A DNA stretch of 60,793 nt from an uncultured Rhodobacterales bacterium (GTDB taxonomy: Bacteria > Pseudomonadota > Alphaproteobacteria > Puniceispirillales > GCA-002684695). The position numbers and the translations under genes were made by a program. Under the pieces are notes generated by a model. The model saw nothing but the letters and a program-made list of their open reading frames with translations. It had not been told where the DNA came from and did no database searches. Below, piece by piece: positions 27,597 to 35,679 of this stretch; position 1 is the first letter of the stretch; each line of letters begins with the position of its first letter. The stretch spans positions 1 to 60,793 of the forward strand of contig CAZCWO010000001.1 in the NCBI GenBank assembly GCA_964502335.1, given 5' to 3'.

Positions 27597-28730
27597 TTAT
27601 AGCTTTCTTGATATACTACTTACCAACCTATTAAAGTCATTCTCATTATTCCAAAGATGGGGAGTAATTCTTAAAAACCCGCCTCGCTCTGAAAGAAAAA
27701 TATTTTCCTTCTCCAATAATCTTAATAGGTTTTTGGGGTGTTTTTTGGGTAATTTGGCACCAATAAAATGTGGCCCGCGTTCTCCCTCAGGGGTAACGGT
27801 TAAACCTATATTTTCTAATCTCTCAGATAATAAAGTATTTTGAACTTTCAGAGTTTCTTCAATATTGTTTATACCCCATTCTAAAATTTGTTCTAAAGCC
27901 TTTATAACTCCAGGCATTAGTGCAAAATTAGACCTTTCTCCCATATCATACCTTACTGCACCAGGCTCATAATGGTCTGTATAATTTACAAGATTAGAAA
28001 AGTTTTTGCTGTCTTTTCTGGTTATCCAACCTTCTTCAAGAGGCTCTCCAAAGCAGTTTTCTGGAGATGCATACAAAAATCCTGTTGAGTAGGGTCCTAG
28101 CATCCATTTGTAATTTGAGACAACAGCAAAATCTGGTCTTACTTGTTTAAAATCTATTTGCATTGCTCCAGCTGATTGCGTGAGATCCAAAACCATAAAA
28201 CAATTTATATCATCACATCTCTTTCGAAGAGCGATAAGATCAATTAATTTTCCACTTGTCCAAGTAACATTTGGAACAGCAACTACAGCACAACTCTCAT
28301 CCATTTCCTTGAGGATTGAATCAGTGATTGTTTCATTTTCAACAGTTTCAATAAACTTGATAAAACAATCACTTTTATTAGCTAATCGCTTCCATGGATA
28401 TACATTAGAGGGAAATTGATTTTCAATTAAAATTATTTTTTTCTTTTCACCCAACTTTAAATTATTGACTGCTGTTTGAATCCCATAAGATGTAGAGGGA
28501 ACTATTGCTAGGTTTTGAGGGTTAACATTTATAATTTTTGAAAACAGTAATCTTGCTTTATCAACCTGCTCATAAAAATCCGGGATGGTTAATCTCCATG
28601 GCTGAGACTTCAGTCTTGCCCCTTCGTCTGTTGCTTTAATTACAGAATTCAACAATGGAGACATGTATGCAGTATTCAAATATGCAACATCATCTGGAAT
28701 GTTAAATAAATGTCTCTGAGATTTAATCAT
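27597..28730 (-). CDS. class V PLP-dependent aminotransferase/desulfurase-like protein
   Basis: 377 aa, with ..VVSNYKWMLGPYSTGFLY.. (putative PLP lysine) and a class V fold-type I layout. Confidence 0.75.
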   Translation of the reverse strand: MIKSQRHLFNIPDDVAYLNTAYMSPLLNSVIKATDEGARLKSQPWRLTIPDFYEQVDKARLLFSKIINVNPQNLAIVPSTSYGIQTAVNNLKLGEKKKIILIENQFPSNVYPWKRLANKSDCFIKFIETVENETITDSILKEMDESCAVVAVPNVTWTSGKLIDLIALRKRCDDINCFMVLDLTQSAGAMQIDFKQVRPDFAVVSNYKWMLGPYSTGFLYASPENCFGEPLEEGWITRKDSKNFSNLVNYTDHYEPGAVRYDMGERSNFALMPGVIKALEQILEWGINNIEETLKVQNTLLSERLENIGLTVTPEGERGPHFIGAKLPKKHPKNLLRLLEKENIFLSERGGFLRITPHLWNNENDFNRLVSSISRKL

Positions 28731-28756
28731 CTTTTAATTTAAATTGCTTAAAATGT

Positions 28757-29965
28757 CTAAGTTTTTTCTATAATTATTGCACTACCCTGACCAACGCCAA
28801 CACACATTGTACAAAGAGCTAATTTATTATTCTTATTTTGATGCAACTCTTCAGTGGCAGTAAGAACTAATCTAGCACCAGACATACCTAGTGGATGGCC
28901 CAAAGCTATAGCGCCTCCATTAATGTTTACTCTTTTATCATCATCCGATAACTTCAAATCTCTCATTGTTGCTAAAGCTTGTGAAGCAAATGCTTCATTC
29001 AACTCAATAACTTGAATTTTTCCTATCTCTAATTTTGATAGAGAGAGTGCCTTTAAGGTTGCCGGCACAGGCCCTATTCCCATAACGTTTGGCTCAACTC
29101 CAACTGCAGCAGAGGAAACGACCCTCGCTCTTGGAGACAAGTTATGCTTTTTAATCGCTTTTTCAGAAGCAATTATTAAAGCTGCTGAGCCATCATTTAC
29201 ACCGCTAGCATTCCCCGCAGTGACTGTTCCATTTTTCCTAAACGGAGTGGGAAGGGAATTCAGTTTCTCAATTTTAGTGTCCGCACGAGGATGCTCATCT
29301 TTTTCAACAACTATTTCACTTTTCTTCAAACTCACCTTTACTGGAAAGATCTCATTTACAAACCTTCCTCTAGCAATAGCATTTGCAGCTTTTTGTTGAG
29401 ACCATAAAGCAAATCTATCTTGATCTTCACGACTCACTTTCCATCTTGAAGCTACATTTTCACCTGTCTCAGGCATTGAATCAACACCGAACTTTTCTTT
29501 CATAATGGAATTAATAAACCTCCAACCAATTGTTGTATCATAAATTTCAGCATTTCTTGAAAAGGCAGATGATGCTTTTGGCATAACAAAGGGAGCACGG
29601 CTCATACTCTCAACGCCACCGGCAATTACCAGCTCCGCCTCTTCTGCCTTAATCATTCTTGCAGCATATGTAACCGCTTCCAATCCTGACGCACAAAGTC
29701 TATTGATTGTAATGCCTGGAACTGACGCTGGAAGACCTGCAAGCAATAATGACATTCTTGCAACATTCCTGTTGTCTTCGCCTGCTTGGTTTGCACATCC
29801 AAATACGACCTCTTCCAGGAGTTCCCAGTCAATACTATTGTTTCGGTTCATTAATTCTTTTAAAGAAAGTGCAGCAAGGTCATCTGCCCTTATAGAAGAT
29901 AAACCACCTCCAAACCTTCCAATTGGCGTTCTAATAGCATCACAAATAAAAGCTTCCTTCATCAA
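28757..29965 (-). CDS. pcaF: acetyl-CoA C-acyltransferase (3-oxoadipyl-CoA thiolase PcaF/PaaJ-like)
   Basis: It has N-terminal MKEAFICDAIRTPIGRFGG, NRLCASGLEAV (nucleophilic Cys), GGAIALGHPLGMSGARL and CVGVGQG. Confidence 0.9.
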   Translation of the reverse strand: MMKEAFICDAIRTPIGRFGGGLSSIRADDLAALSLKELMNRNNSIDWELLEEVVFGCANQAGEDNRNVARMSLLLAGLPASVPGITINRLCASGLEAVTYAARMIKAEEAELVIAGGVESMSRAPFVMPKASSAFSRNAEIYDTTIGWRFINSIMKEKFGVDSMPETGENVASRWKVSREDQDRFALWSQQKAANAIARGRFVNEIFPVKVSLKKSEIVVEKDEHPRADTKIEKLNSLPTPFRKNGTVTAGNASGVNDGSAALIIASEKAIKKHNLSPRARVVSSAAVGVEPNVMGIGPVPATLKALSLSKLEIGKIQVIELNEAFASQALATMRDLKLSDDDKRVNINGGAIALGHPLGMSGARLVLTATEELHQNKNNKLALCTMCVGVGQGSAIIIEKT

Positions 29966-30744
29966 TTAATTTCTTTCCTTGAGTTTGCTATTTGCGTTCT
30001 TTTTTTGAGATCTCTCAAAGTGTTTAACTCTAACTCAGTTGGCGGTTGAGTAACCTCTAAATTTTCAAAAAACTTAACCTGCCAACCGCAATTATCTTGA
30101 ACCATTTGCTTTGTAACACCTTCATGAATTGAAAATACAGTAAATTCTTTTGAAACTGGATCCGGTTTCCAAATAGCTAGATCAGTTATCAATAGGGTGG
30201 GCCCATCAGTGCCAATATTTAATGATTGGCGATGATCGTTACCTTCTCCATGTCCAAAACTGGTAAAAAAGTCTATTTTTTCTACCATTCCTCTGAGAGA
30301 TTGTTTCATTGTAACATAAACTTGCTTTGCAGAGGATGCTATTTCAGGTGCGCCACCTCCTCCTGGGAGACGTGTTTTTGGGTTGTTGTAATCTCCAATT
30401 ACAGTGGTATTAATATTGCCAAATTTATCCAATTGTGCAGCCCCTAAAAACCCTGTTGTTATTCTTCCACCTTGAAGCCAGTACCTGAACATCTCTGGGA
30501 CTGGAACTGTCGAAATAGCTGTCTCGCATAATTCTCCATCTCCAATTGAAAGAGGTAAAATACTGGGAGCAGTGCCAATGGTTCCACTTTCATAAATAAG
30601 AGTTATATTAGGTGCATGTGTTAACCTAGCTATATTACACGCTGCGGATGGCGCACCTATACCAACAAAGCATACATCTTTATTGGTCAAAGCCCTAGAA
30701 GCAGCGATAGTCATCATTTCATCTGAAGAATAACTACTACTCAT
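29962..30744 (-). CDS. pcaJ: CoA-transferase subunit B (3-oxoadipate:succinyl-CoA transferase / glutaconate CoA-transferase type)
   Basis: 260 aa. It has 4-nt and 8-nt overlaps with its neighbours. The subunit sizes (286 + 260 aa) match the GctAB-like 3-oxoadipate CoA-transferase known from Pseudomonas sp. B13. Confidence 0.8.
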   Translation of the reverse strand: MSSSYSSDEMMTIAASRALTNKDVCFVGIGAPSAACNIARLTHAPNITLIYESGTIGTAPSILPLSIGDGELCETAISTVPVPEMFRYWLQGGRITTGFLGAAQLDKFGNINTTVIGDYNNPKTRLPGGGGAPEIASSAKQVYVTMKQSLRGMVEKIDFFTSFGHGEGNDHRQSLNIGTDGPTLLITDLAIWKPDPVSKEFTVFSIHEGVTKQMVQDNCGWQVKFFENLEVTQPPTELELNTLRDLKKRTQIANSRKEIN

Positions 30745-31597
30745 TACTACTTTCTCTATGGCTTTCTACGCGACTCTTAAAAATTTCCGCTCCAACATCT
30801 AGAACATTTTCCTTCATCCAATTATTAAAAATTTCCCTGTCAGAAGCGATTTTATCCCATTCAATGTAGCTAGCGTTATCCCTTTTATAGTAACCTCTAA
30901 CGTATGAAGGGTGTGCACCTCCTGGGACATGACAAATAGAACTTATTGTCCATTCTGGCAAAACTGTAGCATTGGGGTGAGAATTTAAATCTTTAACTAT
31001 TTCCTCGACTGTTACAACTGACCTTCTTGAAGCTAATACCGCCTCCTTCTGGACTCCAAGTATCCCTTCAATTAAAACGTTGCCTTTTTTATCAGCTTTT
31101 TGAGCGTGGATAAAAGCTACATCAGGTTTTAAAGAGGGAATAGCTGTCAATTCTTCACCGGTAAACGGACAAATAACAGTTTTGATGTTTGGATTAACTT
31201 TCCTGAGCTCTGCTCCCTTATAACCCCTAAAGATTGCGCAAGGAAGTCCCGCAGCGCCAGCTTCATAAGCATGCGCCATTGCAGAATGCGAATGTTCTTC
31301 AATTTCAATTTTATTTGGCCAGCCATTTTCAACCGAATCTCTGAACCTCCTTAACAACCCCACTCCCGGATTTCCTGCATAAGAGAAAATCATTTTTTTT
31401 ACCAAACTCATACCAATCAATTGATCATAAATGACATCAGGCGTCATTCTAATAATTGTCAAACTTCCTATCTTTTGCCTGATTACTTCATGAGCAGATG
31501 CGTGGGGAATAAGATGCGTAAACCCCTCAAAACAAACAGTATTGCCTCTGTCCAAGTTTTTACTAACTGCTTCACTTAATGATAAAAACTCTGCCAT
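30737..31597 (-). CDS. pcaI: CoA-transferase subunit A (GctA/PcaI type)
   Basis: 286 aa, with N-terminal MAEFLSLSEAVSKNLDRGNTVCFEGF typical of family I CoA-transferase A subunits of the glutaconate type. Confidence 0.8.
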   Translation of the reverse strand: MAEFLSLSEAVSKNLDRGNTVCFEGFTHLIPHASAHEVIRQKIGSLTIIRMTPDVIYDQLIGMSLVKKMIFSYAGNPGVGLLRRFRDSVENGWPNKIEIEEHSHSAMAHAYEAGAAGLPCAIFRGYKGAELRKVNPNIKTVICPFTGEELTAIPSLKPDVAFIHAQKADKKGNVLIEGILGVQKEAVLASRRSVVTVEEIVKDLNSHPNATVLPEWTISSICHVPGGAHPSYVRGYYKRDNASYIEWDKIASDREIFNNWMKENVLDVGAEIFKSRVESHRESSNE

Positions 31598-31662
31598 TTA
31601 AAATTTCCTAATAAATCTATTTATTAAAAAACACTTTACCTAAACTTGATAGCTTAAAATAT

Positions 31663-34600
31663 CTACAAATCAATCTCAATCATACCACCATCTTCTGAAG
31701 CGCGGCTCTTGCATATAATAATTTGTGTCTCTTTTTGCTTTTTGGAAAGAACAAAGTCCCTATGCTCAACTTCACCTGATATTAAACCACATTTACAAAC
31801 CCCACATATTCCGTCAGAGCACTTAACATCAATTTGATAACCATTTTCGTTTAAAATCTCTGCTGCGGTTTTATCCAAAGGAACCAAAAACTCTTTTTTG
31901 GATCTAGATAATTTTAATCTAAAATCATAATTAATATAATCTGGTTCATCAGGAACTGAAAAATACTCTAAATGTCTGGCTTCTTCTGGAAAACCAATAT
32001 CCCCTGCAACTTCGTTTAAAGAACTCATATAGTTTTCAGGTCCACATATATATATTTGAAAACCTTTTTTATAGCTTCCTAAAATTGAACGAAAATCTGC
32101 GCGTGTGCCTTGGTCAGTAAAATAAAGGAAAACCTTATCAGACCATGAAACTGACTTCAAGTCTTGCAAATAACCAGCATCCTCCATAACACTTGTGGAA
32201 TAATGAACTTCAAAATCTTTTCCCAAAGCTTGTAGCCGATGAGCAAAGGCAATCATAGGGGTTATCCCGATACCACCTCCCATTAAAAAGGTCTTTGGCT
32301 TATTTTCATCTAATTCAAAATGGTTGATAGGTTTCGAAATAAAGATTTTTCGTCCTTTTGAAAATATGCGGTGCATCATTTTTGAGCCACCACGCCCTTC
32401 TTCTTCTCGTAACACACCAATCTGATATTTTGAACGATCTGCAGGATTACCAGACATTGAATATTGTCTTAAAAATTCAGGGGCCACAACAATATCAATA
32501 TGTGCACCGGCCTCCCATTTGGGAAGATCTGATCCATTTGGTGTTTTAAATTCATATTTTGTAACTAGACTAGACATTTCTTCAACTTTGCTGACAACAA
32601 CCTGAATAACAGGTGAATTACTCGAGACATGGTATTGATGTAAATGCTCTGTTTCATTTCGACTGAGTTTGATTTTATATTCTTCTGCCGTAATCATTGC
32701 TTGATACGCCTCAATTCCAGCCTCACGGTCCATAAGAAATGGGTATGGCCATGGATGTGGAGCAAGGTTTGCAGGATAAACAGCTAAAGTTTGGTCTTCA
32801 TATTTTAAATTAAGGTCGAGTTGAAGCCCCCTTCGATTAATCGGGTTACGACTTGGTCGATAACCACCATCTTCATAAAGCTCAATATCCCACCACCATT
32901 TTTTAATATCATTGAGACTTCCTCTACCTAAGTAATCATCTAACTTTGCGAGAGGTTTTGCTAGTTGCGGAATGTTCGATGCAGCCCATCGAAAAGGGGC
33001 TTCTGCAAATAAACCCTCCAGGTTCCACGGACATGTTTTCATACATCGACCACACATTGAACCGCCATCTGTTGTGATACGATAAGTAGCACATTTTTGA
33101 CTATCTGACTTCCAAATTTCATATCCGTTAAACATTAACTTCGGCCCTGCCGTGATCGCTCCCGATGGACATTCACGGGCACATTTATTGCAATTTTCAC
33201 AAAAATTCTGCATACCAAAATCTATTGGTTTATCGAATTCTAGAGGCATATCTGTTGTAACAACACCAGACTTTAAGCGCGGTCCAAGATATGGATTTAA
33301 AATGACTTCACCTATACGACTAACCTCACCTAACCCAGAAAGCAATAATAGCGGTGGCTGAAGAACTTCTCCATCCATTACAGTATGTGACTTTGCTTTA
33401 AAGCCTAAATTTCGAATTTGCTTTGCAATGACCCCGCCTAATAGCGAGAACCTTAAATAGGCACGCATTGATTGCGCAACCGAAATCCAATCATCACCTG
33501 AGGCTCCCTCCATCGTTTCATACCCCTGATCAATGATCATCGATATTGCATTATTATGCTCAGGGTTAATTGGTTCGCCCCTCGCGTCATGACTGTACCA
33601 TGTCCAATCAGGACACCTAGAAATCCCAACGGCGTCTATACCTAAAAAATAACTAGCAGCCTTAATATTTTCTGCATTTCGTTTCGCATCAGCAGGTCGA
33701 GTACCGTCTATATTAGGCTCCCCGTCTTGAAGCAAAACAAATGCACCGAGTGCACGCCGTTGGGCGTACGAAGGAGCAGATTTTCTTGCATAGTGGCCAC
33801 CTTTTGCGCCTTCTTGATTGTTTTTACCCATGTCCCCAAACTGAGCACGAGCAAACATATCAGCTCGTTTTGGAACTCGTGCAACATTTTCTTCATCAAT
33901 AAACGTCGTTGGTTTGTCAACTCTCTTCAACCTTTCAAAAGGATAGGCGCCATCAATAAACTGCCTATAGGCATATGGATCTCGGTTCATAATGTTTTTT
34001 GAAAAACCCATTCCCAACCACCACGCAGGACCTTTAGTTTTAAACCATGGCTGCTCTTTATCTGGTGCCAAAGGATGGTCAATTGCTAAATCGATTGAGC
34101 AGGTCACAGCTGAAAAGCCAAAGTTTGTTCCTATATATGGAGCAACTAATTCATTGTCCTCGTGCCAAACAAGCCCAGATGCAACAGACAATTGGTTAAT
34201 ATCAACATCTGAAGCTGAACCCGAATGCGATTTAGCATCGTACCCTAACAAACGTATGTAATTGGCAATAACCGCAGCTGTTTCATTAGCTCGTAAACTA
34301 GCTCGGTGAGGCAATGCTTCTTGCAACCAATCAACACCTGGTTCATCTTTACGAATATCTCTCGGGTTCTCATATAAGAAAATAATTGCGTGCGTGTGTC
34401 CGTCTATTGTCGTTGGAGGCGCTTCCATTGAATCTTTTAGATCTGCCATAATCATATCAATACCAGCAGCCAATGTTTTAGTTTGCCGAGTTCTAAGAGC
34501 TTCAGCTAAACTCTCTATATCAGGATTCATAATGGCTTTGGCAAGAATTGCGGTTGAAGGTAATTGGCAAATTCCAACCATTGATGCATCGCAAAAATAT

Positions 34601-34872
34601 CCAAATGCTTTCAAATGATTTGCCCGTTCTTGAGGGTCTGAAGGAATCTGGGCGGTAACTTTGTTAACTAAACCATCACGAATTGCATCCATCATCGCTT
34701 GGTACTCAAGCATTGCGTTAACAATATTTTCAGGCGCCTCTTCTCTGTGAAAAGACAATGGTTTCATTGGGATTACAGAGTTTAAGTCTGGCATAGTGCC
34801 TCGTTTTAAACTTTCAATCGGGTAAGGCCCCAAATGAACAGGGCGTTTCTTATCAGAAAAAAAACGTTTCAC
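31663..34872 (-). CDS. reductive-dehalogenase-like (RdhA-type, 2x[4Fe-4S]) module fused to an FNR-like flavin/NAD(P)H module and a plant-type [2Fe-2S] ferredoxin (PDR-type reductase)
   Basis: 1069 aa with a GTG start. It has CENCNKCARECPSGAI (DNA about 33150-33215) and CGRCMKTCPW (about 33020-33060). The C-terminal 320 aa or so (DNA about 31663-32640) carry RQYSMSG, GGGIGITPM and CSDGICGVCKC..C. There is no twin-arginine signal and no rdhB-like anchor nearby. Confidence 0.8.
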   Translation of the reverse strand: MKRFFSDKKRPVHLGPYPIESLKRGTMPDLNSVIPMKPLSFHREEAPENIVNAMLEYQAMMDAIRDGLVNKVTAQIPSDPQERANHLKAFGYFCDASMVGICQLPSTAILAKAIMNPDIESLAEALRTRQTKTLAAGIDMIMADLKDSMEAPPTTIDGHTHAIIFLYENPRDIRKDEPGVDWLQEALPHRASLRANETAAVIANYIRLLGYDAKSHSGSASDVDINQLSVASGLVWHEDNELVAPYIGTNFGFSAVTCSIDLAIDHPLAPDKEQPWFKTKGPAWWLGMGFSKNIMNRDPYAYRQFIDGAYPFERLKRVDKPTTFIDEENVARVPKRADMFARAQFGDMGKNNQEGAKGGHYARKSAPSYAQRRALGAFVLLQDGEPNIDGTRPADAKRNAENIKAASYFLGIDAVGISRCPDWTWYSHDARGEPINPEHNNAISMIIDQGYETMEGASGDDWISVAQSMRAYLRFSLLGGVIAKQIRNLGFKAKSHTVMDGEVLQPPLLLLSGLGEVSRIGEVILNPYLGPRLKSGVVTTDMPLEFDKPIDFGMQNFCENCNKCARECPSGAITAGPKLMFNGYEIWKSDSQKCATYRITTDGGSMCGRCMKTCPWNLEGLFAEAPFRWAASNIPQLAKPLAKLDDYLGRGSLNDIKKWWWDIELYEDGGYRPSRNPINRRGLQLDLNLKYEDQTLAVYPANLAPHPWPYPFLMDREAGIEAYQAMITAEEYKIKLSRNETEHLHQYHVSSNSPVIQVVVSKVEEMSSLVTKYEFKTPNGSDLPKWEAGAHIDIVVAPEFLRQYSMSGNPADRSKYQIGVLREEEGRGGSKMMHRIFSKGRKIFISKPINHFELDENKPKTFLMGGGIGITPMIAFAHRLQALGKDFEVHYSTSVMEDAGYLQDLKSVSWSDKVFLYFTDQGTRADFRSILGSYKKGFQIYICGPENYMSSLNEVAGDIGFPEEARHLEYFSVPDEPDYINYDFRLKLSRSKKEFLVPLDKTAAEILNENGYQIDVKCSDGICGVCKCGLISGEVEHRDFVLSKKQKETQIIICKSRASEDGGMIEIDL

Positions 34873-34882
34873 AGTTAATTAA

Positions 34883-35228
34883 TTACTCTTTCAAGTTTAA
34901 CATATCAGTCATAATCGTTGCTGACATACCACCGTCAATAGTAATGTTTTGGACTTTGATCCAAAAGCTATTTGGCGATGTCAGGAATACAATAATATCC
35001 GCAACTTCGCCAGGTGAAACTGGCCTGCCAACTCTTGCTATATTTTTAGCAACTTTTTCTCCAAAAGCACTAGTAAAATCTTGCAAAATCTCTTTACTCA
35101 CCGCAGCGGGACATACTGAATTAATTCGAACTCTCTGGCATTCAACTCTTCAGTTCTAAATATAATCATGGCAATCATTGTTTCTTTTGAATGGTTATAT
35201 GCTCTTACTGGATCGATTTCCTGTCTCT
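34883..35228 (-). pseudogene. frameshifted, 5'-truncated short-chain dehydrogenase/reductase remnant
   Basis: One frame (35228-35097) reads ..EIDPVRAYNHSKETMIAMIIFRTEELNAR.. and contains the YxxxK motif at 35198-35184. A second frame (35149-34883) reads RVRINSVCPAAV..PGEVADIIVFLTSPNSFWIKVQNITIDGGMSA*. The frame shift lies near 35130-35140, and stop codons lie upstream of 35228. The remnant ends 10 nt before the rdhA-like start. Confidence 0.6.
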
Positions 35229-35403
35229 TCAAATGTTAATTTTTGTCAGATTCATAAATCAGATACATAAAATCTATAGTTTTAGCACCCGCTTCAAGAT
35301 TCAAATGTGCTTTCATTGCTAGCAAAATCAGAGACGAATTTTTTAAAACTATTACACTAACGGGATTCCAGCGCAAGATTTTTAATGATCAAATGTTATT
35401 AAA

Positions 35404-35507
35404 TAGGATCCCAAAATTAAATTTTTATGTTAATAATAGAGTTTTAATGGGTAAATTACTTGACTTTGGGATCCATTTGTGAGTCATTAGAGCAGGGGGA
35501 TCCCATT
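35404..35507. promoter_or_regulatory. three GGATCCCA-type palindromic sites upstream of the TAXI-TRAP operon
   Basis: The sites are TAGGATCCCAAAA (core 35406-35413), TGGGATCCA (35467-35475, directly after a TTGACT hexamer at 35460-35465) and GGGATCCCA (35497-35505). Confidence 0.5.
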
Positions 35508-35679
35508 TTGGCAAGATTTCATGCTGATATCTTGTGGAAGGTAAAACTTCTTGTGACCCATGTTATGGAGGCGCTAAACAAAAATTTGATTGGCCTTCGC
35601 TAAAATGGCCTCACAAATTCCTCATATATATTTTGAACCTAAAATTGGTTCGTCAGAGCAAGAACAAATGGAGGAAATA

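Noticed and set aside
31663-34872. A respiratory (organohalide-respiration) reductive dehalogenase.
   Set aside because: The N-terminus (MKRFFSDKKRPVHLGP) has no twin-arginine signal, and there is no small rdhB-like membrane-anchor ORF adjacent. The fused NAD(P)H reductase argues for a cytoplasmic catabolic role.
35229-35400. The missing middle part of the SDR gene, which would support a clean inversion model.
   Set aside because: All three minus-strand frames here are riddled with stops. The only vaguely SDR-like stretch (..EAGAKTIDFMYLIY..) is at the wrong distance from the YxxxK motif. I cannot support further homology by eye.
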